Assembly: GCA_036338595.1 (NCBI GenBank)
Contig: JAYZBV010000077.1
Location: 1 to 64,000 of the forward strand
Length of the DNA stretch: 64,000 nucleotides
Direction: 5' to 3'
DNA from: Planctomycetota bacterium
GTDB taxonomy: Bacteria; Planctomycetota; UBA8108; UBA1146
Shown here: positions 10,848 to 20,847 of the stretch, piece after piece
Numbering within the stretch: the stretch's first letter is position 1
How the letters are laid out: every line of letters starts with the position of its first letter
The notes under the pieces: generated by a model
Told to the model about the DNA's origin: nothing
Databases searched by the model: none
Seen by the model: only the letters and a program-made list of their open reading frames with translations
Position numbers and translations under genes: made by a program

Positions 10848-11603
10848 ATGATTGCGTCAATCCCATTGTTATTGCTGTCGCTGCTGCTTCTGCCGCACCA
10901 GGAAGTTCCCACAGACCAGGAAGCTCCCGCCGCCGGCGAGCAACCCGCTGCAACAGAAGAGAAAACCGACATTTCACCCATCGCCCCGGCGATCTCACTG
11001 CTGGGAAACGATCATCCAGCGATGGTGCTCCCGGATACAACGGGCAAACTCTTCGATCTCGCCACTCTCTCCGACAAGATCGTGGTGGTGGAGTGGACCC
11101 AGCCTGATTGTCGATTCACACGTCGCCTCTACGCTCAGCACCGTATCATCCCGATGATCCGTCGCTGGGGTAAGCAAGATGTGAAATGGGTCAGCGTCAA
11201 TTCGACCTTCTATTCCCATCCGGAGAAGGTCAAACCCTGGCATGAAAAATACCCGATACAGCACCCTTACCTGCTCGATCAGAAGGGTACGGTCGCAGAA
11301 GCGTTCGGGGTCAAGATCTGTCCCACCTACCTGGTCCTCAACAGGGGCAAGGTCGTCTACCACGGTGCCATCGACGACGATGTGTGGGGGAGGAACGCAG
11401 GACGAATACTGTACCTCGATGAGGCGATCCGCCTCTCGGTGGAGGGCCTTGAGGTGGAGAACCCACTGACTCGTGCCTATGGCATGGAGATCCGTACTCG
11501 CCGACTCGAGGATATTCGCAGAGCGGCCCTCGAGAAGGCGCGCGCAGAGGTGCAGGTTCCGAAGCAGCCGAAGTCTCCTGATTCCGGAGGCGACGGCCGC
11601 TGA
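10848..11603 (+). CDS. Exported AhpC/TSA-family redoxin-domain protein
   Basis: Signal peptide; LPDTTGK..L....KIVVVEWTQPDCRF, WVSVNS, YLLDQKGTVAEAFG...PT, VYHGAIDD, YLDEAI. Confidence 0.8.
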   Translation: MIASIPLLLLSLLLLPHQEVPTDQEAPAAGEQPAATEEKTDISPIAPAISLLGNDHPAMVLPDTTGKLFDLATLSDKIVVVEWTQPDCRFTRRLYAQHRIIPMIRRWGKQDVKWVSVNSTFYSHPEKVKPWHEKYPIQHPYLLDQKGTVAEAFGVKICPTYLVLNRGKVVYHGAIDDDVWGRNAGRILYLDEAIRLSVEGLEVENPLTRAYGMEIRTRRLEDIRRAALEKARAEVQVPKQPKSPDSGGDGR

Positions 11604-11754
11604 TCGGGTCCTGGCGAGAAGACCATCGCAGCCGTGCCGAATCCTGCACCCATCGATGTGGCTCACCTTCTAGATGCTTCCCCACCCGAGTGCCGGCGGC
11701 TATCCTGCCCGTGGATCGGCTCTCGCCAGCGTCCGATCCGGGGGGGAAGTTTCG

Positions 11755-12855
11755 TTGCTCCACTGGCTCGGGTTCCAATTTGAACATCTCTGGGGGCCGA
11801 TCCGGCTGCTCCAGTCTCACCTGGTCCTCTGCACCCTGGGTGCGCTGCTGGCTGCAGTGGGGTCATTTCTTGTCATGCGCCGCTGGCTCGGCACGCTGCC
11901 GTGCGATCGAGGACGCGAGCACGCAGCCGAGTCGATCGATTCGATCGGCAAGCCGACCGGCGCGGGATCTCTCTTCATCCCTGTCACGGTTCTGGTGGCG
12001 TTACTCGTGGCACCGTGGGATCCCTATCGTGCCGTGATCCTGCTCGGTGTGTTGCTGGCGATGGGCGCAGGATTTCTCGATGACTGCAGTCCAGATGCCT
12101 GGGGCAGGTTGAGCAAGGGACTCATCGACCTGTTCATCTCGATGGGTGTGGCGTGGGCGATGATCGGCGGAGAGTCCAGCATGGAGATCTGGCTACCCTT
12201 CTTTGCACCGAAGATGGGGCAAGAGGCGTTGCTCGATGGAACCGCCGGGATGCTGGCACCGATCCTCTGCGAGCCGTGGTTGTACGGAGTGATGGCCACG
12301 ATGCTTCTCTGGTTCTCCATCAATACCACCAACTGTACCGATGGGGTCGATGGACTCTCAGGTAGTTTGCTGGCGCTCGCTTTTCTCTGCCTCGGTGGGG
12401 TCCTGTACGGGGTTGTCGGGCATGTTGACTCTGCCCACTACTTGTTGGTGCCCTTCTACGAGGATGGAGCCAGTTGGGCTGTCATCGTCGCAACGACACT
12501 GGGTACTCTCGCCGCCTACCTCTGGTTCAATGCATATCCTTCTCAGTTGTTGATGGGAGATGCGGGTTCGCGCGCCCTCGGACTTCTTCTGGGCGTCTTC
12601 GTGCTGGCGACGGGGAATCCATTCCTGCTGCTGGTTGTGGCACTGCTGATCCTCGCCAATGGGGGCACAGGGTTGTTCAAGGTCGGATTCATCAAGTTCC
12701 TTCGCATCCGCGTCCTCGAGAGTATTCGCTGCCCGCTTCACGATCATGTCAGGGAGAACTGGGGCTGGTCCAACACCCAGGTGCTGGTGCGATTCGTGAT
12801 CTTGCAAGCGGTGATGGCGCCGATGCTGATCGTGATCCTGTTGAAGGTACGCTGA
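11755..12855 (+). CDS. mraY: Phospho-N-acetylmuramoyl-pentapeptide transferase (366 aa)
   Basis: GKPTGAG, GFLDD, NTTNCTDGVDGL, WFNAYPSQLLMGDAGS, PLHDH, multiple TM helices. TTG start chosen after GGGGGGA; start uncertain. Confidence 0.88.
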   Translation: MLHWLGFQFEHLWGPIRLLQSHLVLCTLGALLAAVGSFLVMRRWLGTLPCDRGREHAAESIDSIGKPTGAGSLFIPVTVLVALLVAPWDPYRAVILLGVLLAMGAGFLDDCSPDAWGRLSKGLIDLFISMGVAWAMIGGESSMEIWLPFFAPKMGQEALLDGTAGMLAPILCEPWLYGVMATMLLWFSINTTNCTDGVDGLSGSLLALAFLCLGGVLYGVVGHVDSAHYLLVPFYEDGASWAVIVATTLGTLAAYLWFNAYPSQLLMGDAGSRALGLLLGVFVLATGNPFLLLVVALLILANGGTGLFKVGFIKFLRIRVLESIRCPLHDHVRENWGWSNTQVLVRFVILQAVMAPMLIVILLKVR

Positions 12856-12974
12856 CGCGCAACTCCTATTTGATGTGCTCGCCAGATCTTGATGGAGCGG
12901 GTTGGTCTCGAATCATTATTGGCACAGATCCACGATGGTACGGATCCACGCTGGAATCGCGCCGACTTCCGGAC

Positions 12975-13013
12975 AAAAAAAGCCCCCGGACGCTGAGCGT
13001 CCGGGGGCTTTTT
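12975..13013. terminator. Bidirectional intrinsic terminator
   Basis: AAAAAAAGCCCCCGGACGC-TGA-GCGTCCGGGGGCTTTTT: GC-rich stem with A and T tracts on both sides, between convergent genes. Confidence 0.9.
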
Positions 13014-13033
13014 CAGGTGACCTGCGGTCGGTT

Positions 13034-13750
13034 CTAGTAATCGACCTGACGGAAGGTTCCACCGTTCATGGCGGCGAGGTTGACGTAAAACTGCTCTTCA
13101 CCGGTGTAGAAGGAACTGGTGAAGTAGATGGTGTGAACCGGCAGGTTTTCGAAGTTGGCTGCCGTGATCGACTCCATGCAGATGTCAGCGTAGTTGCCTC
13201 CACCCGATCCGTTGCAGTACGGCTCACGGGCTCCGCAGATGATGACCTGCTTGTGAGCTCCCGGAGCTTGCTGGGCGAGGCCGAGGCCAGCCAGCGCTGC
13301 ATCGAGAAGACAATGGTTCTCTATCGGAGCCAGGGTGCCGAGCCAGGCCTGCGCCGAAGCCTTGTGCGGTGCCGAGGCGTGACAGCATTCCGGACGCCAG
13401 ATGTAGGTTGTGGAGTTGTATGCGACGATCGCAAAATCTACAGACGCCGATAACTGGTTCAGGGTCGCAGAAACTTCCTGGCGGATCATGTCGAAGATGA
13501 CGGTCTCTCCGCAGAAGCCATACGCAGGAACGATGAAGACGAAGCAGTCTCCCTCGAACTCACTACCGTAGAAGCGGATCGCTTCCGGGGCATCTTCTTC
13601 ATCATCGTCCTCACCCGCTCCACCCGCTGGAAGATCCAGAGGCTTACGCGCTGCTCCGATATCGTCTGCAGAGTAGACGGTGCCAATGGCCACCGGAGCA
13701 AAGATGAACAGCAAGGCGATCAGTAAAATGCCGCGAGTTTGCTTCGACAA
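13034..13750 (-). CDS. Secreted vWA-like domain protein
   Basis: AGGAGG before a TTG start; signal peptide; FYG...FVFIV...IRQEVSATLNQL...FAIVAYN...VHTIYF...LAAMNGGTFRQV is a vWA-type fold pattern, but the DxSxS motif is absent. Confidence 0.65.
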   Translation of the reverse strand: MSKQTRGILLIALLFIFAPVAIGTVYSADDIGAARKPLDLPAGGAGEDDDEEDAPEAIRFYGSEFEGDCFVFIVPAYGFCGETVIFDMIRQEVSATLNQLSASVDFAIVAYNSTTYIWRPECCHASAPHKASAQAWLGTLAPIENHCLLDAALAGLGLAQQAPGAHKQVIICGAREPYCNGSGGGNYADICMESITAANFENLPVHTIYFTSSFYTGEEQFYVNLAAMNGGTFRQVDY

Positions 13751-14052
13751 ATCGAGCCTCCTCTCGAGAGGGGTCTTCCCGGATCAACCGACTTGAGTCG
13801 TCCGGCATCCTGAAGGACGCCAGCAAGCCAGAATTCCCCCATGGAATCTCTGGGACATACCGTGCCCTCTCGGTTACGGCCCCAGTGTACGGGAGGGTGC
13901 CAGAATTTGCCACTACTAGTCAGGAGCCCACCTCTTGTGCCCTGGGAGGGGTGGGTTTACCGTTGGGTGGCTTACCATGAGAGTGCTGGAATCGCTCCAG
14001 GTGAGCCCATCCTGGACACATTCGGGCTAAATTGCCCTGAGGAGAGCTCTGC

Positions 14053-15414
14053 ATGATTAATGTTCCCATCCCGGTCACTGTTTCCCGTCGGGTGCTGGTC
14101 CTGATGCTGATGGTGGGGGTCCTGCTGATTCCCGGGCTATCGTTTGGCGTCCAGGATGGCGAGGAAGAGGTCGAGAATCCGTCTGCCAAGGCAGTCTGGA
14201 AGGTCGACCGTGTGCGTGGAGCTGAGTCAGTCCAGTACGAGGTAACGATTTTTCAGATCCCGGCTCCCGGTGGAAATCGCTGGGTTTGGCGAGCCATCGC
14301 TTCCGACGGGAGTTACCCGGGTGGATTCCCCATTGGATCGATGCTGATCCAGGGCAGTGGCAATCCTCGCCCGGAACTGTTTGATCCGCTTTCTCCCGGA
14401 GTGATGGAGATGTTGCTCTCTGTTCACGGCGCAGGATCCCAGGGGGAGGGGCTCGGCTGGGCCGATGGAACCTCGATTGGCCTGAGGCGTCAGATTCCCG
14501 TCGAGCGCACCGAAACGATGGATGCCGAGGGCAGAGTGACTCAGGTCGGAGTTCTTGCCGGGGGTACGACGCAGATCCGAGGCGGTTCCCGGGCTCTGAA
14601 GTTGAGCGAGTTCCAGGAGACGCTGCTGCTCGGGACAGGCGGTTCCCTGAAACAGGCCGAATGGACCGCGACCCTGCTACGGGGAAGCGAGGAATCTGTC
14701 ACCACCGAGAAGCGGGTTCTGCGAGTCGAACGCCTCGAGGCGGGGCTGATCGAGGAAGAGGAATCGAAGCAAGTTCAGGAAGGTTACGAGTTCCTGGCTC
14801 CTGTGGTGCGCGTGCTTCGAAAGGGGATGTCACTGGCAGCGGTGGAACTTGCCGAGACGATGTTCGAGAAGGGACGTAAGGACCACAAGCGAGGACCTCT
14901 TGGCGAGGTCGTGGAAGAAGTGGCCAGTCTTCTCAAAACGAGCAAGAAGGTCGCTTCGCAGCCCCTCGATCCAGATGTTCGAGCCAGGAAGATGTTTGGA
15001 AAGCCAGCCCCCGACTTCACCCTCGACGACCTGGAAGGGAAGTCAGTGAGCCTCTCTGACTACAGGGGCAAGACCGTGATGGTTGCCTTCTGGGGTTATT
15101 CGTGAGGGATCTGCCGTGCGGAGTCTCCGCACCTCAGCAAGATCCAGAAGGAGTTTCGCAGCAAGGATGTGGTGGTTCTGGCAATAAATGCCGACAACGA
15201 TGGTCGCGGAAGAATTCGAGAGTTCGTGGACGAGAATGACCTCCAGCAGCGGATGTTGTTGAGGGGCGATGGAGTCGGATTTCAGCAGTATCATCTGAAG
15301 AGACTTCCCACGGTCTACTTCATCGATCGCAAGGGAAATGTAGTTTCGCGAGCACCGGGCTATCAGAGTTATGAGCAACTGGAGAGTTCTCTTCAAAAGG
15401 CCCTCAAGAAATGA
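14053..15414 (+). CDS. Probable selenoprotein: exported protein with C-terminal TlpA/redoxin domain, UGIC active site (453 aa, Sec at codon 351)
   Basis: ORFs 14053-15105 and 15169-15414 are in the same frame, separated only by TGA at 15103-15105: APDFTLDDLEGKSVSLSDYRGKTVMVAFWGYS-U-GICRAESPHL...VVLAIN...LPTVYFIDRKGNV. Confidence 0.85.
15116..15132 (+). promoter_or_regulatory. Candidate bacterial SECIS hairpin
   Basis: GTGCGG-AGTCT-CCGCAC starts 10 nt after the in-frame TGA and has G near the start of the apical loop. Confidence 0.65.
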
Positions 15415-15467
15415 ACTGGTCGGGAATCCTGATTTCTGTCCTGATCGGTTTGCCAGAGGAGCGAGCC

Positions 15468-16601
15468 ATGAATTTGGATACCTTCATGAGGAACAGTGCG
15501 TTGGCGCTCTTTTTGGCGGCCACGATGCTCCTCGCCCCGCCCGTGCTGGAAGCCCAGACGGGGATCTGCTATGTCACCAATTTTCTGACCGTATCGGAAT
15601 CCGATGATGTCATCAGGACGGTGGACCCGGACACACTCGAGGTCATTGCTGAGGTAGCTCTGTCGATTCCAGGTGCGATCGAAATTGATGGTATCCGGGG
15701 AATTGCGATTCACCCGACCACCGGAAACTGGTTCATTCTTGCGATGACCTCGTTACCGCCCTCACCCGCGCCGGCTCCCTGGTTGATGGAGTACGACCCC
15801 ATCAACATCACTATCAATCCGTTGGGCTTCACCGTTCTCGATTTCAACGACCTCGATTTCAGAGAAGACGGTGATCTGCGTGCCATCACCAACACCCTTT
15901 CGACAGGCAGTTCAAATTACTGCGAGTTGAGTACCATCACGGGGGGTCCCAGCGATCTCTGTCAGTACCCTGGCAGTGAAGGTGGAGACACCATTGCTCT
16001 GGGATCTGGAGATGAGGTGTTCCACGCTTCCGGTGGCTACAGCGTCGGTGGGCCGGCAGAGTTCGAGCGTCCTTCCGCCAGTGGATCGAATAACTGCGAC
16101 TCCGCATTGATTTCCATCGGTTCGAACCTCTCCTCTGAACCCGTTCGATCGCTGACCTACTGGCCTGATGAGGATGTGTTTCTCTGGGTCCAGGGGGATA
16201 CAGCAAGATCAGCCTACCTGGTCACCGAAGATGGTGTGGATACCTTCCTCGGCACCTTCGATCACGACGTCAACGGAATCGCATTGATCGAGATCGCAAC
16301 CCCGTGCCCGCCTGGGGACAATTTCATCCGTGGAGATTGCAATCTCGATATGGGAGTCAATGTTGCCGATGCCGTGTACCTGCTCGGAAGCCTCTTCATC
16401 CCCGGAAGTCCGCAGGTGATGTGCGGCGATGCAGGTGACTGCAATGACGACGGCGGCATGAACGTTGCCGATGCAGTGTATCTGCTCGGAAGTCTGTTCA
16501 TCCCCGGGTCGCCGAGCATCCCGGAGCCGAATATCGTGAACGGTTGCGGCCCCGATCCGACCGATACAGACGCTCTCGACTGCAGCCAAACGGGCTGCTG
16601 A
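15468..16601 (+). CDS. Secreted beta-rich (propeller-like) protein with C-terminal dockerin-like module (377 aa)
   Basis: GAGGAG before the ATG at 15468; signal peptide ending LEA-Q; FIRGDCNLDMGVNVADAVYLLGSLF...GDCNDDGGMNVADAVYLLGSLF...CGPDPT. Confidence 0.75.
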   Translation: MNLDTFMRNSALALFLAATMLLAPPVLEAQTGICYVTNFLTVSESDDVIRTVDPDTLEVIAEVALSIPGAIEIDGIRGIAIHPTTGNWFILAMTSLPPSPAPAPWLMEYDPINITINPLGFTVLDFNDLDFREDGDLRAITNTLSTGSSNYCELSTITGGPSDLCQYPGSEGGDTIALGSGDEVFHASGGYSVGGPAEFERPSASGSNNCDSALISIGSNLSSEPVRSLTYWPDEDVFLWVQGDTARSAYLVTEDGVDTFLGTFDHDVNGIALIEIATPCPPGDNFIRGDCNLDMGVNVADAVYLLGSLFIPGSPQVMCGDAGDCNDDGGMNVADAVYLLGSLFIPGSPSIPEPNIVNGCGPDPTDTDALDCSQTGC

Positions 16602-16700
16602 GCACCACTTCCTCGAAGCAGGTGTAGCGATGCTCAGGATCGGCTATCCTTCCTCGTCCCCGGTCAGTTCTCATCAGCCGGGGCCCTGGAGGAAACCCGA

Positions 16701-19700
16701 ATGAGTGAAACCGGCAGTCCTTTTCAGTTCCCCGAGCCGATCTCATCCCCCGACTTCCCTGCGCTCGAAGCGCAGATCAGGGATTTCTGGCAAACGAACT
16801 CGATTCACCAGAAGGCTCTCGATGCACGTGCAGGTGCCGAGCGATATGTCTTTTTCGAGGGCCCACCCACTGCCAATGGAATGCCGCACCCCGGACACGC
16901 TCTGACGCGGGCGATGAAGGATCTGTTCCCTCGCTACCAGACGATGCGTGGACGGCTATGCGAACGGAAGGCGGGCTGGGATACCCACGGGTTGCCAGTA
17001 GAGACCGAGGTGTGCAAGGAGATCGGGATCCACTCCAAGGCAGAGATCGAAGAGTATGGCATCGAGCCGTTTGTTCGTCGTTGCCAGCAATCTGTATTTC
17101 GATACGTCAAGGAGTGGGAATCGCTGACTCGTAACATCGGATTCTGGGTCGATCTGGATGAGGCCTATGCCACCTACCATCAGGAATATGTCGAGAGCGT
17201 CTGGTGGGCCTTGAAACGACTGTTTGATCGGGGCCTCCTCTACCAGGGTGAAAAGATCGTGTGGTGGTGGGCACAGGGTGGCACCGGGCTATCGGCGGGT
17301 GAGGTGGGTGAGGGATATCGCGAGGTCGATGATCCGAGCGTGTTCGTTCGGATGCCTCGGTTGAAGGATGACGGCGAACCCGACGGCACCAGTTTCGTGG
17401 CCTGGACTACGACCCCCTGGACCCTGCTGTCGAATCAGTTCATCGCAGTGCATCCCGAGGTGACCTACTGTGTCGCTGTCGATGGCGAGACGGGGGAGCG
17501 GCTGATTCTGGCCGAGGCTCTCGTGGAGACCCTGGCTGGGAAATTGAAGCGCGAACTGACCATCGAAAAGACGATGCCAGGGGCAGATCTGGTGGGAGCT
17601 CGTTACCAGCCTCCCTTCGACAACTACTGGAAAGATCTGGCATCACTGCACGTCTCGAAGCGATCAGGCGCAGAGATGGTGGCGATGTGGCGGGTGGTCG
17701 CTGCCGATTTCGTCACGACCGAGAGTGGTACAGGTGTCGTTCACCAGGCTCCCGCCTTCGGCGAGGTGGACCACGACCTTCTCGTCTCTCAGAGGAAAGA
17801 ACTTGACGATCCAGAACAGCTGCCGCTGCTGTGTGCCGTCGAACCCGATGGATCCTTCTCGAAGATCGCCGGCCCCGACTTCGAAGGACGGTGGGTCAAG
17901 GACTGTGACCGTGATCTGATTCGTGCGATGAAGGAAGACGGCACGCTCCTGCACCAGGAGGTGTACCGCCACGACTACCCCTTCTGTCCCCGTGCACGAG
18001 AAGATGCACTGATCCAGTTCCCGCGACGCTCCTGGTTCATCCGGACGACAAACTTTGTCGACCAGATGCTCGCCAATAATCAGCAGATTCAATGGCTTCC
18101 AGAGCACATCCGAGATGGCCGTTTCGGTAAATATCTCGAATCAAATGTAGACTGGACCCTCTCCCGTGAGCGCTTCTGGGGGACTCCGCTTCCGATCTGG
18201 GTCTGCGAGCAGACCGGTCAGATGGAAGCGATCGAAAGCTACGATGAGTTGCTCTCCAAACCCGATGCCACGGGGCAGGAGGTATTCGCTGCTGCAAAGG
18301 CAGAAGATCCGCAGCTTGACGATAATTTGAGAGTACATCGCCCCTACATCGATGCCGTGACCTACTCCTCTCCGTTTGCAGAAGGTGCGCGGATGAGGAG
18401 GGTCCCCGATGTCATCGACTGCTGGTTCGATGCCGGTTGCATGCCATTTGCTCAGTGGGGATTCCCTCATGGCAATGTTGAACGCTTCACGAGCCAGTTC
18501 CCGGCAGACTTCATCAGCGAGGCGATCGACCAGACACGCGGTTGGTTCTATGCGCTGCTGTCCATCTCGACGATTTTGTTTGGACCGGAGGGAGCGGCTC
18601 ACGGGGACGATCGCATTCCAGAGGAGGTCTTTACAGACTGGCCTCAGCCATTTCGTTCATGCATCGTCCTGGGTCATCTGCTCGGCGAAGACGGCCTCAA
18701 GATGTCGAAATCGCTCAAAAACTATCGATCGCCCGACTACATCTTCGAGAAGGAGGGTGCCGATGCGATGCGCTGGTTCTTCTATGCCGGACAGGCGCCG
18801 TGGACCAGCCTTCGCTTCCAGGAGCAGCCGATCACGGAGGGGCAGCGTGAGTTCCTTCTGCGGCTGTGGAATGTCTATTCCTTCTTCAGCATCTACGCGC
18901 GAATAGATGGCTGGAAGCCGAGCGGAGATCTACTCGCGTCACCTGGAGACGAAGTCGAACTGTCAGAACTGGATCGCTGGGTGATGGCAGAGTTGCACGC
19001 CACGGTGGACAAGATGCGAACTTCCCTCGACGGTCTCGACAACCTGGGTGCTGCCACTGCACTCAACGACTTCGTCGATGGCCTGTCTAACTGGTATGTT
19101 CGTCGAGGTCGAAATCGCTACTGGAGTGAGGGGATGAACCCCGATAAGGATGCGGCCTACTCGACTCTCTATCACTGCCTGGTCACGACGACGCTCCTGG
19201 CAGCACCATTTGTTCCCTTCATCACGGAACACCTCTACGGTGTTCTGGTGGGTCCGAGAGGGGATGCGTTTCCAGAATCGGTTCACCTCTGTGATTACCC
19301 CGAGTCAGACAGCAACAGGCAAGACGATGCTCTTTGCCACCGGATGGCGATGATCCGTGAAATCGCTTCGCTTGGGCGCTCCTGTAGATCGCGCGAGAAG
19401 TTACGCGTCAGGCAGCCGCTTCCAGCGGTACGAATCGTTCTGGCCGATTCGTCGTTGGTCTCGGCATTGGCCTCCGATACCGAGTTGATCTCCGAGGAAC
19501 TGAATGTGAAGGGTGTCGAATTTGTCGAGGACGCTTCCGAGTATGTCTCCTATGAAGTGAAGCCTAACTTCAAGACGATTGGTCCTCGCTTCGGTTCCGA
19601 TGCTCGTTCGATTGCTGCGGCGCTGGCACAGCATCCGGATCCGGCATCCATTGTTCAGGCAGCGACCACAGGGGATCAGATTCCGTTACGCCTCGATAAT

Positions 19701-20081
19701 GATCGTGAGGTCCAACTGGAGGCTGCAGATCTCGATGTCAGGGTGAAGCAGAAGGACGGCTGGAGTGCTGCGGAATCACGAGGTGTCGTGGTTGTTCTCT
19801 CGACCGAGGTGACCCCTGAACTTCATCGTGAAGGTCTGGTGCGTGAGGTGATCAGTCTTGTGCAGGGGATCCGAAGAGATCTCGACCTCGGATATGATCA
19901 GCGGATACGACTCTCCGTGACAACGGAGGGAGACCTCGCCCAGGCGGTCGATGAACATGGCGAACATTTGAAAAAAGAGACGCTGACGGTGGAGATCCTG
20001 GCGGAAACTCCAGACAGCGGCGAGTTCCGGGACTTCGAGATCGATGGAACCGCAGTGCGGATCGGTGTCTTTCCCGTCTAG
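16701..20081 (+). CDS. ileS: Isoleucine--tRNA ligase, type 2 (eukaryote/archaea-like)
   Basis: FEGPPTANGMPHPGH, GWDTHGLPVE, WTTTPWTL, DWTLSRERFWGTPLP, DQTRGWFY, KMSKS, LSNWYVRR; long type-2 C-terminus (EELNVK, EGLVREV). Confidence 0.95.
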   Translation: MSETGSPFQFPEPISSPDFPALEAQIRDFWQTNSIHQKALDARAGAERYVFFEGPPTANGMPHPGHALTRAMKDLFPRYQTMRGRLCERKAGWDTHGLPVETEVCKEIGIHSKAEIEEYGIEPFVRRCQQSVFRYVKEWESLTRNIGFWVDLDEAYATYHQEYVESVWWALKRLFDRGLLYQGEKIVWWWAQGGTGLSAGEVGEGYREVDDPSVFVRMPRLKDDGEPDGTSFVAWTTTPWTLLSNQFIAVHPEVTYCVAVDGETGERLILAEALVETLAGKLKRELTIEKTMPGADLVGARYQPPFDNYWKDLASLHVSKRSGAEMVAMWRVVAADFVTTESGTGVVHQAPAFGEVDHDLLVSQRKELDDPEQLPLLCAVEPDGSFSKIAGPDFEGRWVKDCDRDLIRAMKEDGTLLHQEVYRHDYPFCPRAREDALIQFPRRSWFIRTTNFVDQMLANNQQIQWLPEHIRDGRFGKYLESNVDWTLSRERFWGTPLPIWVCEQTGQMEAIESYDELLSKPDATGQEVFAAAKAEDPQLDDNLRVHRPYIDAVTYSSPFAEGARMRRVPDVIDCWFDAGCMPFAQWGFPHGNVERFTSQFPADFISEAIDQTRGWFYALLSISTILFGPEGAAHGDDRIPEEVFTDWPQPFRSCIVLGHLLGEDGLKMSKSLKNYRSPDYIFEKEGADAMRWFFYAGQAPWTSLRFQEQPITEGQREFLLRLWNVYSFFSIYARIDGWKPSGDLLASPGDEVELSELDRWVMAELHATVDKMRTSLDGLDNLGAATALNDFVDGLSNWYVRRGRNRYWSEGMNPDKDAAYSTLYHCLVTTTLLAAPFVPFITEHLYGVLVGPRGDAFPESVHLCDYPESDSNRQDDALCHRMAMIREIASLGRSCRSREKLRVRQPLPAVRIVLADSSLVSALASDTELISEELNVKGVEFVEDASEYVSYEVKPNFKTIGPRFGSDARSIAAALAQHPDPASIVQAATTGDQIPLRLDNDREVQLEAADLDVRVKQKDGWSAAESRGVVVVLSTEVTPELHREGLVREVISLVQGIRRDLDLGYDQRIRLSVTTEGDLAQAVDEHGEHLKKETLTVEILAETPDSGEFRDFEIDGTAVRIGVFPV

Positions 20082-20145
20082 CATCCAGGATGCAGGGTAT
20101 TGATCCCAATGGGGATGACTGGCGGCGAATTGGATGGGGGCTGCG

Positions 20146-20730
20146 ATGGAGTACTGGCACGACACGATCGAGCAGGCGAGGCAGCACGCAGAAGCGGACC
20201 AGCGTCCAGTTCTCATCATCCTGGAGGCCCCCGGCTGACTCGGTTGCAAGCGCCTGGATGCCGTGACGTATCCAGATCCTGATTTCAACAGTGCCATCGG
20301 TGAACTGGTCTCAGCACTTCGCATCAATGTCACCGATCGGCATGATGATTTCAGAGATGCGTCGGTGATGACCAGGATCCCCTTCTCGCCTCGGTTTCGA
20401 TTCTTCAGCAGCGATCAGAAACGATTGTTACGGGACTGGACCGGCTGGTTGCCAACAGCGGAGTTGATCGCCGAGATGCATCTGGCTCGAGCCATCGATC
20501 TTCATGACAGGAAAGAGCCACTGCGGGCTGTGGGGGAATACGACCGAGCTCTGCAGGCGGCTCCCGAGGGCCCTGCCGTGGCTGAAATCCTGTACCGCAG
20601 GGGTATGGCGGCGTTTCTCGGCAACTCGTTCGACATCGAACTCCTCAAGAAGGACTGGCAGGCCGTCGTCGAGAATCATGCCGGCACCCGCTGGGCACTT
20701 CACGCCTCGGTGATCGCAGACGTTCAGTGA
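20146..20730 (+). CDS. Probable selenoprotein: thioredoxin-like domain with ULGC motif plus C-terminal TPR-like helices (194 aa, Sec at codon 31)
   Basis: ATG at 20146 (or 20134) is in frame with ORF 20263-20730: MEYWHDTIEQARQHAEADQRPVLIILEAPG-U(20236-20238)-LGCKRLDAVTYPDP; later AEILYRRGMAAF. Confidence 0.82.
20254..20275 (+). promoter_or_regulatory. Candidate bacterial SECIS hairpin
   Basis: CTGGATGC-CGTGAC-GTATCCAG, 8 bp including one G-U pair, starting 15 nt after the in-frame TGA. Confidence 0.55.
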
Positions 20731-20747
20731 TCTTAGACGTTCAGTGA
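20718..20747 (+). repeat. 13-bp direct repeat duplicating the 3' end of the gene
   Basis: AGACGTTCAGTGA at 20718-20730 and 20735-20747. Confidence 0.7.
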
Positions 20748-20847
20748 ACTTCGGATTCCGAGCGCAATGACCCAGCGAATACGCGTCAACAGGTCCACGC
20801 TGAGGGTACAGTATTCCACTCTCTGCCCCGTCATGAGTTCATCATCT

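Noticed and set aside
20100..20282. 60-aa ORF after ileS
   Set aside because: It overlaps, out of frame, the better-supported Sec-thioredoxin N-terminus starting at 20146.
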